Below, in pieces: positions 51,072 through 63,186 of a stretch of DNA of 64,000 nucleotides (within the stretch, counting starts at the first letter, position 1; each line of letters starts with the position of its first letter). Source of the stretch: a bacterium (lineage in GTDB: Bacteria; Zhuqueibacterota; Zhuqueibacteria; Residuimicrobiales; Krinioviventaceae). The position numbers and the translations under genes were made by a program. The notes below the pieces were generated by a model. The model did no database searches. It had not been told where the DNA came from and worked only from the letters and a program-made list of their open reading frames with translations. Location: contig CAXXFV010000008.1 in the NCBI GenBank assembly GCA_963674595.2, positions 352,001 through 416,000 on the forward strand, read 5' to 3'.

Positions 51072-53006
51072 ATGAAATCAGGTAAAAAAAATACCGGTTC
51101 TCCTGTAAAGTCGGTTCCGCAATTAAAATGGGTTACAACAAAAATTCTGGATGATGTTTTTACCGATGAGGTGAGTTTATTCAAACCCCATTTTGATGTA
51201 AATTATGAAGCTTATTTGCAAAGACTATGGGAATCAAATCCGGATATTTATGAACAGTTAAAAAATTCATCAGACCTGGAAAGCGCCCGGGATGCGCTGT
51301 ATGCTTATTTGGAAAAGGCAGAGCGAAAAATTTTCACAGTTGAGAACGATTTGCATATCCTGGAAAAATCAACAGTACGCGAAAGTATCAGGGTGTTTAA
51401 AAGTATTATCGGTCCGATAAATGAGTTCCGCACCGAGTTTTCCGCTCTTGACAGTTTATGGAAACTGGCCCAGGACAAAAAACAGGAATTGAAAAGTAAA
51501 ATTTCTGTGGGATTCATTCTCGAATTTATTAACCTGTTTCGGGGTGTGACCGGAAAGTCCAATATTTATCTTGAAAATACCCAGGTTAAAAAAGGTATTC
51601 CTGAATTTCTTAAATTAAAGGGCAGGGAAGCGGCTGAATTGCGCATGGATATTTTGGATGACTTTGGCGCTAATATTCAAAAATATTTTAAAAAGTATCC
51701 CTCGGGATTGGAAGAAGAGGTGGTGAATTGGCGCAGCCAGAATAAAACAAAAATTTTACGCTATTTTAACGCAACAGAAGATGACTGGAATAATTACCGT
51801 TGGCACCTGAAAAACGTATTAAAAGATTCTCACCCGCTTGTAGACCTGATTGAGTTAACCAATGAACAAAAAGAAGCTGTTGAAAAGGCCGTTAAGAACA
51901 AAATTGCCTTTGGCATTACTCCCTATTACCTTAGTTTGATGGATTCCAAACTATCCATCGGTTATGACCATGCTGTCAGGGCACAGGTCATTCCTCCAAA
52001 AGATTATGTTGATAAAATGGTTGAGCATCAATCGGATCGCAATATCACTTTTGATTTTATGGGTGAACATGATACCTCGCCGGTTGAGCTTGTTACCCGT
52101 CGATACCCGATGATTTCCATTCTAAAACCCTTTAATTCCTGTGCACAGATATGTGTCTATTGTCAACGCAACTGGGAAATAGAAAGGGTATTGGAACCGA
52201 AAGCACTGGCGCCCCAGGAAAAGATAGACCGTGCTTTGGAATGGCTGGATGAACACAAAAGCGTGGGGGACGTGTTGATTACCGGCGGTGATCCGTTGAT
52301 TATGAGTGATTCCCCGGTTGGAAAAACTGTTGGAGAGTTTGTCTGCCAAAAAACAAATATACAGAATTAGAATCGGGACCAGAACACCGGTGGTGTTGCC
52401 GATGCGTTTTACGGATGAATTTATTAAAATGCTTGCCGGATTTCATCGTCCGCCTGATTTAGAAATTGCCATAGTGACTCATTTTGAACACTCTTATGAA
52501 ATTACCCCGGAATCCATGAAAGCCGTGCAGAAATTACGGCAAGTCGGGATCAGTGTATATAATCAGCAGGTTTATACGGTTGAAAATTCCAGGAGATTTG
52601 AGGCGGCAAAGCTGCGCAAAGATTTAAAATCCATTGGTGTTGACCCGTATTATACGTTTAATATGAAAGGCAAGGAAGAGACCAGTCGATATATGGTGCC
52701 GATTGCCAGAATTTTACAGGAACGTAAAGAAGAGGCCCGGTTGTTACCCGGTTTGGACTGAACCGACGAGCCGGTGTTTAATGTTCCGCGGCTTGGTAAA
52801 AACCAGTTGTATGCGGGACAAGACCACCGGCTGGTTATGATTTTACCTGATGGTTCGCGTGTTTATGAATTTCATCCGTGGGAAAAGAACATAACCGCCA
52901 TTCCGCCGTATAATTATGTTGATGTTCCGATATATGATTATCTTGAAGAACTGGCCGCACGCGGTGAAAACATTCGGATTACCGAACGATATGGTTTTAT
53001 TATTAA
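51072..53006 (+). CDS. KamA-family (lysine 2,3-aminomutase-like) radical SAM protein with a long N-terminal extension; interrupted
   Basis: RRYP, CAQICVYC, DVLITGGDP, RIGTRTPVVLPMR and NQQV. Frameshift at C4 52312-52315, in-frame TGA at 52759-52761, and a probable lost G at 52976-52977 (restoring it gives ...DYRTIWFYY* ending at 53006). Confidence 0.82.
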
Positions 53007-53462
53007 ATCGTGTTTTTTGCACAGTATATTACCACTTTTGAAACACTGTTAAATGTTGGTACACTTGTTGTATACTGTTAAAAGTATGGAAAATTTGAAA
53101 AAAGACTGATTTAAAAAAATATTTTTTTTCATCCTGAACAAGAGTGTTTTTTTTATTGTTTAATGCCTTGTTTTTAAGTTTGTTATGGTGGTGTCGGCGA
53201 AGGGCTGTGTTTAAATAATAAGACTATCTGGAAAAAACAAACTTTTATTTTAATCAAAATTTATGTAAAATTAGGGTCTGTTTTTTGCATGACAAAGCAA
53301 TATTTTCTGTGAAAAACGAAATAGTAAAAAGGATTGATTGTTGAAATGCCTCATGTATAATAATAAAAACTTGAGGGACCAAAGCTGATTAAATGTTAGT
53401 GTACGAATCTTTTAGCTAATCAAAATTTTACTTGTGGGTTATGTTAATATTAGGAGCATACT

Positions 53463-56400
53463 ATGAAGTTGTGTTTGAGGGTTAAAATAACAAAAAATCT
53501 TTTGGGATGGATAGGGACAGCCCTGCTTTTTTTTATTTGTGAATTCTGTGTCTGCCCAGGGATACCCGACTCATACTAAATTGTTATATTCATCCGACCT
53601 GAATCAAGCTGGTGAAACCAGTATAGGTACGGTTAATAATTATGCCGGAAGTTTTGTGTCCGGTGGCTGGAAAGCGACTTCAGAAACAAGTATGTTGCGT
53701 ATAGCCTTGCCGCAGGGATTACCCGCTGAAGGGACTATGGTTGTAAATGTGACTAATTTTAATCCGGTTACGCAAAATTCGCAGGAAAAACATAATATCA
53801 TCAATTTATATTCACAGGGAGAAGGCAGTAAGGATATATTTGAAACCGATGGCTCCTGGGTTGATATTCGGACGGGTACGAATTATACTGATGGCCCTAA
53901 TGTAGCCGGATTTAAAATGCTGGCAGCTTCCAGAGGAATAGATACTCGTGAAGAAGTCCGCGCTATGCAATCTGCGACCTGGAGTTTATCGAGAACGTAT
54001 GAGTTTAGAATAATTTGGACGGAATCAAAAATTTACACACTTGTTAACGGAGATTTAAAAGCGACATTAGATTTTACGAATCAATATGAAGCGTTTAGAT
54101 ATATCTTTTTAGGAAGAGACAATATATATAAAGCCATGGCAGGCCCTGTTTATAAAAATGTAGAAATTTATACAAAGGATGATGGTAGTTCACCATCTTA
54201 TCAAGTTTCTTTTAGTGATATAACAGGTTCGTCGGATACGGAAGGATATTCTGCATCCGGTTATAGTCATGGCGCTGCATTTGCCGATGTCAACCAGGAC
54301 GGATTTTATGATCTTTTTGTCAGCAATGCAGTGTGGGATGAAGCCGTGCCTGATATGTTGTATATCAATCAGGGTGACAGAAGTTTTGATCAGGAGAACA
54401 ATGCACGCGGTACATCTGATGCAGGAATGACCCATTCTGTTGTAAATGCGGATTTTGATAATGATGGTGATTTGGATGTCTATTTTGCCAATATGCCGGA
54501 AAATGACAATAGTCCCAGAGGACGCGATGCACTTTATCGTAATGATGGAAACGGCTATTATACCAACATAACAGACTGGGCTGGTATAGCGACCGATCAG
54601 AATCGTGCCAAAGGCGCGGTTGCTGCGGATTTTAATAACGATGGTTTTTTAGATATTTATATTAACAATGCCGGCCATAATAATATTATGTATTTTAATG
54701 ACGGCACTGGTAAAATGCAAAGAGTTGACAGGGGGGCAAATGGTCCATCAGGTGACACTTCCACAAAGCAGGGTACAACCGTCGCTGATATTGATAATGA
54801 CGGCGATGTTGATATTTACGCCTGCCGGCGTGATGCAGCAAATTGGCTGTTTATCAACGATGGAAATGGTAACTTTACGGAAGAAGCAGCAGCACGGGGT
54901 GTAAACTTGGGCGGTCGTTCAAAGGGATCTGCGTTTTCCGATATTGATAACGATGGTGACCTTGATCTTATTGTTATGAATGAAGCCGAAAATACAAATG
55001 TTTTGCCCTATGTTCGTTTTTACATTAACCAGGGTAACGGACATTTTGTAGACAATTCTCTTCAATATAATATTAAAGCCAGCGGATATTCCACTGTTTT
55101 AACCGACGTGGATAACGATGCTGATATAGATATGGTGGTTTTGCGGAATGATGAAAAAGATACCAACGCAAAACCCGAGTTATACTTGAATGATGGTGCA
55201 GGAAATTTTTCCATACAATCCCTTACAGGTGTGGATGTCAGTACAAAGGACCCTCGTGCCGGTGTTTTTGGTGATATTGATAACGACGGTGATATGGACC
55301 TTTATTTTACCTCTGCCAATGGTGAAGGTTTTATGCTGAGAAACGTCACAAACTCTGGCTACAATTATCTGGATGTATTATGTATAGGCCCTGGTGGGGA
55401 TTATGGCGGTTTTGGTACCAAAGTTTATGTGTATGAACAAGGATTTGTTAATGATGCAAGTAAATTAATAGGTTTTCAACAATCTGTTTCAAATACAGCC
55501 TATTTAAGCCAAAATCAAACAGCCCTGCATTTCGGCCTTGGTGAAAATTCGTTTGTTGATGTTGTTGTTGAATTTCAAAATGGCAAAAAATCGATACATT
55601 ATAATGTACCAGCCAATCAGAAAATTGAAGTATCGCCGGATGATGTTGTGCCGACACTGATGACAATTACAGGTAATGATCAAACCGGTGTTGCCGGGGC
55701 TGTGTTAGGGGATTCCATCAAAGTCCTTGTAACGGATATAGACAGTGATATTGTGCCGGGTTATCCTGTTAAATTTGTTGTTAAAACTGGTGGCGGTTCT
55801 TTAAACGGAACATCCGATACAACTGTAACAGTAAATACGAACCTTCAGGGTTATGCCATAGTTACCTGGAAAATGGGAACTGTAGCCGGTGTGGAAAATT
55901 CCATGGAAATCTCTGTTCTTAATGGGGAAGATCATATCAGCAACTCGCCGCAAACAATTCGTATAACTCCCGGACCGGCTGATCCTGCTATTTTATACCG
56001 TATTGCCGGAGATGGTCAGTCTGCTTATTTTGATCAATTTCTGGAAAATGAATTTAAAGTAAAAATTACAGATGCCTTTGATAATATCATTCAAGGTTTT
56101 GCTGTTTCTTTTAGTATCATCTCGGGAGAAGGAAAGCTTGGTGATGCCCTTGTTACGCAAACGGATGTTTTAACCGATGCGTTAGGTATGGCTGCGGTTA
56201 AATGGCAGGTGGGACCTGTTGCCGGTAACCAGATTATGCAGGCAGCCGCCATGTTTAATGGCGTTCAAATACAAAACAGTCCCTGCCAGTTTACCGCCGT
56301 AGGTATTGAACCTGAAAAACAGTTGGTTGCTCTTTCAGAGAGACTCAGCACCGGAACTGTTAATCAGGCTTTGGCCGAGCCAATTAAAGTAAAATTAGAA

Positions 56401-59400
56401 ACCTATTCTCATGAACCGGTAACGGATTTTCCTGTTAGTTTTATCGCTTTAAATGGAAATAGCAACTTTGCCGGAAATGATACACTTGTGGTGTTGACAA
56501 ATTCAGAAGGTATGGCTCAGGCAATAGCCACTTTGGATACTGTTGCCGGTGACACAAACAATGTATTTCATGTCCAGGCAGAAGGTGCTGTTGATTCTCC
56601 ACAAATTTTTAAAGCATCCGGTTTGACCGATAATCCGGCTGTGCTTGAAAAAATCTCCGGTGACGGACAAAGTGATGGACAAGTGGGAAAGAATATAAAT
56701 GAACCTTATATTGTCAGGGTTTCAGACCAATTTAAGAATGTTATCGTTGGTGCCGATGTTGTATATAAAGTCAAAGTTGGTGATGGTAACTTTGCGGGTT
56801 TGGACTCAACCGTCGTTAAAACGGACCAAAACGGAAATGCTTCAGCAATTTTAACGCTTGGTTCGGAAGTAAGGACAAATACTGTTCAGGTAACTGTTGA
56901 TGGCCTGGCAACTGAATTTAGTACCTATGCAAATCCGGGCGATCCTTACTATCTCCGGACTGTTTCCGGTTCTCCTCAACAAGGTCTGGCGGGTAAACGT
57001 TTACCGGAACCGTTTGTGGTTTCTGTAACCGATTCTTTTCTCAATCCAATATCAAGTCAACAGGTTGAATTTGAAGTGACTTTGGGAGGTGGTAATATTG
57101 ATGGTGTTCAAACTGTTAATAAATCAACGGATGAACAGGGTCGTACATTTGTATATTTAACATTAGGTACAAGCGGGTATGATCACCAGGTAACGGCATC
57201 GAGCCTGTTTGACGGCGCCCATTTATCCGGCAGCCCTGTTGTTTTTAAAGCTACGACAGGTCCGGGAGATGCGGATTCATTATTATATGTAAATGGCGAT
57301 AACCAAATTGCCGGAATAAACGGACCGCTACCTCAACCACTTCAGGTCAAAGTCGCTGATGAAAACGGCATTCCTGTCCCCGGACATTTGGTCAAGTTTT
57401 ATGCTATACGCTATCCGGATGGCGGATTTAACGGTCAAGCTTCGGTTGAGAAATATACCAATGCTGAAGGTATTGCCAGTGCCACACCGACAATTGGTTC
57501 CAGAATTGATAATGGATATTATCAGTTCCAGGCCTCTTCCAAGCTGGATAATTTTCACTTAAAGAACTCTCCGATTAATTTTAGTATAAAAAGCCGTACA
57601 ACCACAGCAGCAAAAATGGTTTACATGTCTGGTGACGGAGAAACATGTATTGTAAGACAAAATGCCGGTGATTCGATGCGGGTTAAAATTTTTGATGCGG
57701 ATGATCAAATCGTTACCGGACACCCTGTCGAGTTTGAAATAGTTACGGGTGACTCTATTTTAAATGGAATATCAAGACGTATTACCGTTAATTCTGATAA
57801 ACGGGGGATTTGCGCCGTTACGCTAAAGGCCGGTTCCAAACCTGGCGCTGTGGCTGTAAAAGCGAGCTCCGATGATGGGATGGTAAGCCTGGAAAATTCA
57901 CCAATTGATTTTAGTTTGTCGGTTTTGCCGGGTCCTGTTTCCTCTTTAACCTCATTAATTGCCGCACGCGACACAGTTGTTGCTGACGGGCAGGATTCTT
58001 CACGTGTAACAATCACAGTCAAAGATATTGCCGGTAATTTGTTGTCCGGTAAAAATGTGACTTTATTGTCTTCCGGAATTGACGTAAATATTATTCAACC
58101 AACTGATACGACAGATAGTAACGGGCAGGTAACCGGTGAAATCAGGTCATTTAACGTTGGTGAAGCTGTTATTTGGGCCAGGTGTGATGGACAAGATTTT
58201 AACCCGGTTTCTGTTTATTTTATTGCCGGTCCTCCTGATATTGTGATTCCCATAAATGATGTTCAACTGGGTTTGGTTGATAAAGTATTATCTGACTCTA
58301 TTGGAGTTCAAGTTTATGATAATCTGGGGCATCCGGTTATTCATAATAGAGTAGAATTTTCGGTTACTGAAGGCGGAGGCGAAATTGTAGAGACTCAACC
58401 TGTTTTTACAAATGACCAGGGTATCGCTTCAGTGCATTGGAAGCTTGGTTCGCCGGTTGGCCAGCAAAAAGCATCTGCCGCTATTGAGGGTTACGATCAA
58501 ACCGTTGTTTTTCAGGCAATAGCTAATCCGCCGTCTTCAATTTCGGTGACTGTTTTATCAGGTCACCGACAAATCGGTTACATAAACCAAACTTTACCGG
58601 AACCATTTTCTGTCTTAATCAGTGATTCTACAGACAAGCCTGTTCAGGGAATTAATGTTAATTTTGAATTAACTCTTGGTATGGGGCTCGGTCAAGGCAG
58701 CTTTTTAACGTCTTTACCAGCGGCAACCAATAGTGAGGGTATTGCAACCGTAGAGTTTAAAGCAGGTACGGTAACAGGCCTCCACAGAATTCGAGTCAGT
58801 CCCCAGGGATTTACTATTAGCCAGGATATAGATTTTTATGTTTTAGCAGAAGAAACGTTGTTTCTTGAAAAAATCCCGCTGTCGGCACAGCCTGTTAGAC
58901 CACAAACGGTTGTGCCCTGTACGCTTAAAGTTAAAGATGCGTTTGGTCGATTGCTTGAAAATGAAAAGGTTAATTTTAGTGTTCAAAGCGGTGGCGGACA
59001 GGTACAACAAGCTCAGCCGCTCACTTCAAATGAAAATGGTCAGGTTACGGTAACATGGATTGTTGGAAATAGTGGCGAGCAAAAGTTATCTGCCGAACCT
59101 TTTGAAAAAGCCGGTGATGCTGTCGAGTTTTCAGTGGGCATTAAAAATTCAGTGCCTGTTATTACCACCGACATTCCCGGAACCCTGACTGTAGATGCCG
59201 GAGATTTGGTAACCTATAAAATTGAAGCAACTGATGGTGATAACGATCCTGTAACGTTTGGAATACGCGGATTACCGGCAAAGGCAACGTTTGATTCAAC
59301 CGGTTCTCAAATTTTTTCATGGATACCGACTAATGAAGATGCCGGCAATTATCAGATTACCTTTATTGCCAAAGATATATTCGGAGCTGCCGACAGCGCA

Positions 59401-60294
59401 AAATTAAAACTTACAGTCAATCCGGTTATTATAAATCATCGTCCGGTTATCACTGCCTATGGACCGCAGGACACGGTTGATGTCAGTGTAAATTATGATG
59501 CAATGCAGCTTTTTTATGTGACGGCAACTGATGAGGACGAAGATGCCCTCAGTTATACCTGGACGGTAAATGGGCAAGTCGCTCCACATTATGAAAGTTC
59601 ATGGAATACACAGTTCCCGTCAGCCATGAATTATCCGGAAAATACGATAGTCAAGGTCGTTGTGTCGGATGGACAACTCAGCACATCCATGAGATGGAAC
59701 TTGAATTTAATTCAAACATCTGTCGAACTGTCGCTTTTCCAGGCTGACTTTTCTGCAAATGGTGATGTGGAAATTCAATGGCAAACCAACAGCGAAGAAT
59801 CAAATGCAGGTTTTTATATTTTGCGGAGTGAAAGAAAAGACGGTATCTATGAAGAGATAACAGATCAGTTGATCTCGCCGAATACCAGCCGCAAATATAA
59901 CTATGTCGATGAGGATGTTAAAGCCGGACAGAAATATTTTTACAAACTGGTTGATATTAATAAATATGGTTTTGAAACGGAACATGGTCCTGTTTCGCTT
60001 GATATACCGGTCCCTGAGCGGGTGATGTTGGCCCAAAATTATCCGAATCCGTTTAATCCGGTGACGACCATATACTTTGAACTGCCAAAAAATCAGCATA
60101 TTGAATTAATGATATTTAACATTAACGGCCAGATTGTAAAGGAACTGGTAAATTACGTCTATGAGGCCGGCATTCACGAATTGGTTTGGGATGCAACAGA
60201 TATGAACAATATGCATGTTCCTTCCGGGGTTTACTACTATCGTCTAAAAACACAGGACAAAGTTTTAACTAAAAAGCTTTTATTATTAAAATAA
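53463..60294 (+). CDS. Giant secreted adhesin-like protein: FG-GAP propeller, ASPIC/UnbV, tandem invasin-type Ig domains, C-terminal sorting domain
   Basis: Seven DxDNDGDxD repeats, YLSQN...LHFGLG, repeated SGDGQ/V.F.V..G.G/TN..G.A units and NYPNPFNP. True start is probably ATG 53463 after AGGAG, with a frameshift in the T runs at 53527-53538. Confidence 0.88.
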
Positions 60295-60307
60295 AATTTT
60301 TATATTG

Positions 60308-60350
60308 AACAACGGACAAAGGATTAATTTTTAATCCTTTGTCCATTGTT
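60308..60350. terminator. Long hairpin after the adhesin gene
   Basis: GGACAAAGGATTAA/TTAATCCTTTGTCC 14-bp perfect stem, extended by AACAA/TTGTT. Confidence 0.7.
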
Positions 60351-60399
60351 GTCCTGTATGGTTTTGAAAGAATAAATGATAATCATTCAAGAGGGGCCT

Positions 60400-61266
60400 A
60401 TGCTCTCGCTTTTAAGTTCATTACGCCCAAAACAATGGGTTAAAAACGTTGTTGTTTTCGCCGGATTGTTTTTTGCCGAGGATATATTTAACAAAGAAAA
60501 AATGATAGCCTCTGCAATTGCCTTTGTATTGTTTTGTTTTATATCCAGCTCCGGCTATTTAATTAATGACATTTTTGATAAGCAAAAAGACGCGTTACAT
60601 CCCAGAAAAAAACGCCGACCCATTGCATCCGGCAAGGTATCTGTTTCAACTGCAATGTTTACGGCAATGGTTATTTTATTTGTCGTGTTATATTTTGCCT
60701 ATCGTTTGAATTACTTTTTTGGTATTATTATATCCGGTTACTTTTTATTGACAGTTTGGTATTCGCTTTATCTAAAACGGGTTGTTATAGTCGATGTTAT
60801 GATTATCGCTTCCGGTTTTATTTTCAGGGCCGTTGGTGGAGCAATTGCTATCGATGAAAGGGTTTCCTCCTGGTTAATTTTATGTACTTTATTTCTCTCA
60901 TTGTTTCTTGCTTTAGCAAAGCGAAGGGCCGAAATGGTAACCTTGGGACGACAAGCCGGTAATGTGAGAATAACCTTGACACAATATACACCACAATTTT
61001 TAGATCAGATGATCAATACGGTTACGGCAGCCTGCCTGATGGCGTATGCTTTGTACACATTAGATTCAACAACTGTAGAAAAATTCAATACCCGTTTGTT
61101 GATTCTTACATTACCGTTTGTGATTTATGGACTTTTTCGGTACCTATACCTTGTTTATACAAAGAATTCCGGTGAAGCGCCGGAAACGGCCATTTTAAAA
61201 GACTGGCCGATATTAATTTGCGTTCTTTTATACGCTGTTACAGTTGTTTTAATCATTTATTTTTAA
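60400..61266 (+). CDS. Decaprenyl-phosphate phosphoribosyltransferase (UbiA family)
   Basis: LRPKQWVKN, YLINDIFD...DALHP.KK.RPIASG, KRRAE and YGLFRYLYL motifs. Confidence 0.9.
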   Translation: MLSLLSSLRPKQWVKNVVVFAGLFFAEDIFNKEKMIASAIAFVLFCFISSSGYLINDIFDKQKDALHPRKKRRPIASGKVSVSTAMFTAMVILFVVLYFAYRLNYFFGIIISGYFLLTVWYSLYLKRVVIVDVMIIASGFIFRAVGGAIAIDERVSSWLILCTLFLSLFLALAKRRAEMVTLGRQAGNVRITLTQYTPQFLDQMINTVTAACLMAYALYTLDSTTVEKFNTRLLILTLPFVIYGLFRYLYLVYTKNSGEAPETAILKDWPILICVLLYAVTVVLIIYF

Positions 61267-61279
61267 TTTAGGAGAAAGA

Positions 61280-62362
61280 ATGGCAAAATCGGTTGTTGCT
61301 GTTATTAAATCCTCACCGGAACAGATTAAAGAGGATATTGATAAATTATTTGATCTTTCGAAAGCGAATGATTTTATAGATAAAGAAAAGACTACCATAT
61401 TAAAGGATAATATTTCCTGGCATTTTCCATACCTGAGTGCAAACACAACACCCTGGCAGTTAGAAGGCACTATATTGGCGTTGCAAAACAGAGGATATTC
61501 GGATATTTCTTCTGTTCATAACAAAACTGTTGTTACCAACGCCGAAAAAGGCCAAAATATGAACAAGCTGGCGCCTCTTTATAAAAAATATGGTGTGAAA
61601 GAACTCGAAAATTTTAATCCTAATCATATTAAATGGGTCAAGTATGAACCAAAAGCAGAAATGCTGACGTTGAATAAAATTTATCCGGAAGGGATACATA
61701 TACCGGACTATTTTTTCGATAAAAATATTATTCATTTGCCGACTGTAAAAACACATATTTATACAACAACAACAGGCGCTATGAAAAATGCCTTTGGTGG
61801 ATTGTTAAACTCTAAGCGGCATTATACACATTCCGTTATTCATGAAACCCTTGTTGACCTTTTGGCTATCCAAAAAGAGATACACAGCGGTTTATTTGCC
61901 GTAATGGACGGCACCGTTTCGGGATCCGGACCCGGACCAAGAACGATGACCCCGCATGATAAGCATTATATGCTGGCCAGTGCAGACCAGGTTGCTATTG
62001 ATGCTGTTGCTGCCAAGATGATGGGTTTTGATCCCATGAGTATAAAATATATACGCATGGCCCATGAGCGTGGATTAGGGACCGGCGTAATTGATGAAAT
62101 TGAAATTCAGGGCGAAGATATTTCCAATGTGAATTTTAATTACTCTGTTGGTGACAATATGGCCAGCCATGTTGGTGATTTGTTATGGTTTAGTCCGTTA
62201 AAAGTATTTCAAAAATTGTTTTTTCACACACCTCTTGTTTATATGTTTGTTATGGGTTCTTTTGTATATCATGATTATATCTGGTGGCCGTTTTTGGGAA
62301 AGAAACGTCAGGATGAATTTCGCAAAAACAGCCCGTGGGGTCAACTGTTTGATAAATATTAG
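61280..62362 (+). CDS. DUF362 domain protein
   Basis: LKDNISWH, TTPWQLEG, LPTVKTH...TTGAMKNAFGG, G.GP and DQVAIDAV motifs. Confidence 0.85.
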   Translation: MAKSVVAVIKSSPEQIKEDIDKLFDLSKANDFIDKEKTTILKDNISWHFPYLSANTTPWQLEGTILALQNRGYSDISSVHNKTVVTNAEKGQNMNKLAPLYKKYGVKELENFNPNHIKWVKYEPKAEMLTLNKIYPEGIHIPDYFFDKNIIHLPTVKTHIYTTTTGAMKNAFGGLLNSKRHYTHSVIHETLVDLLAIQKEIHSGLFAVMDGTVSGSGPGPRTMTPHDKHYMLASADQVAIDAVAAKMMGFDPMSIKYIRMAHERGLGTGVIDEIEIQGEDISNVNFNYSVGDNMASHVGDLLWFSPLKVFQKLFFHTPLVYMFVMGSFVYHDYIWWPFLGKKRQDEFRKNSPWGQLFDKY

Positions 62363-62379
62363 ATTCAGGGTAAGGGACA

Positions 62380-63078
62380 TTGACACAACTCAATTTTGAC
62401 CAATACTTCCTGGTTGATGTTCAGGCCCTGATATTTGATATGGATGGCGTTGTTATCGACAGCGAGCCGATTCATTTTTTATCAATGCGAAATGTTCTTC
62501 AACCGCTGGGGATTGAACTATCTGAACCCTATTTTGCCGGGTTGGTCGGAGACCATATATACAAAAATTTAAGTGATATTGAACATGATTTTGACTGTAC
62601 TTTGGATTCAAAGCATATCGCTTCGCTTATTGAAGATGAGTATATCCGTTTAATAACATCATCTGAAATTTCCGTCAATCCGGGAATTTGTGAATTAGTT
62701 TCGTGTGCAAAAAAGAAGCAGTTAAAACTGGGTTTGTGTACTTCCTCGCCAAAATCACATGTGTCTATAATTTTACCAAAGGTATTTAAGGGGTGTAATG
62801 ATTTTAATTCGAAAAATATTTTCGATACTATTGTTACTGTTGATGATGTAGAACATAAAAAACCTCATCCCGAACCCTATTTAAAAGTATGCCGGCAGTT
62901 GGGTGTTGAACCGGTAAAGGCTTTGGTTATTGAAGATTCCGTGTCCGGTTTGCAGTCCTGCAAAACTGCTGGATGTAAATGTATTGTTCTCAAAAGATTT
63001 TATAATCAGGGGAAAAATCTGAAAGAAGCTGATTTGGTGATAGATGATTTAAACCGGATAAAATGTAAAAGTTGGTAA
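62380..63078 (+). CDS. HAD-family phosphatase (beta-PGM/CbbY-like)
   Basis: IFDMDGVVIDSE, KKPHPEPY and VIEDS..G motifs. Confidence 0.88.
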   Translation: MTQLNFDQYFLVDVQALIFDMDGVVIDSEPIHFLSMRNVLQPLGIELSEPYFAGLVGDHIYKNLSDIEHDFDCTLDSKHIASLIEDEYIRLITSSEISVNPGICELVSCAKKKQLKLGLCTSSPKSHVSIILPKVFKGCNDFNSKNIFDTIVTVDDVEHKKPHPEPYLKVCRQLGVEPVKALVIEDSVSGLQSCKTAGCKCIVLKRFYNQGKNLKEADLVIDDLNRIKCKSW

Positions 63079-63186
63079 AATTTTGAAACATATCTTGATT
63101 AGCTCCCTGAAATTTTGTAATATATGACAGTTAAGTGTTTGTAAAAATATTGCGTTATCTTGATTTGAAGTTGAGGGATTTTTTTT

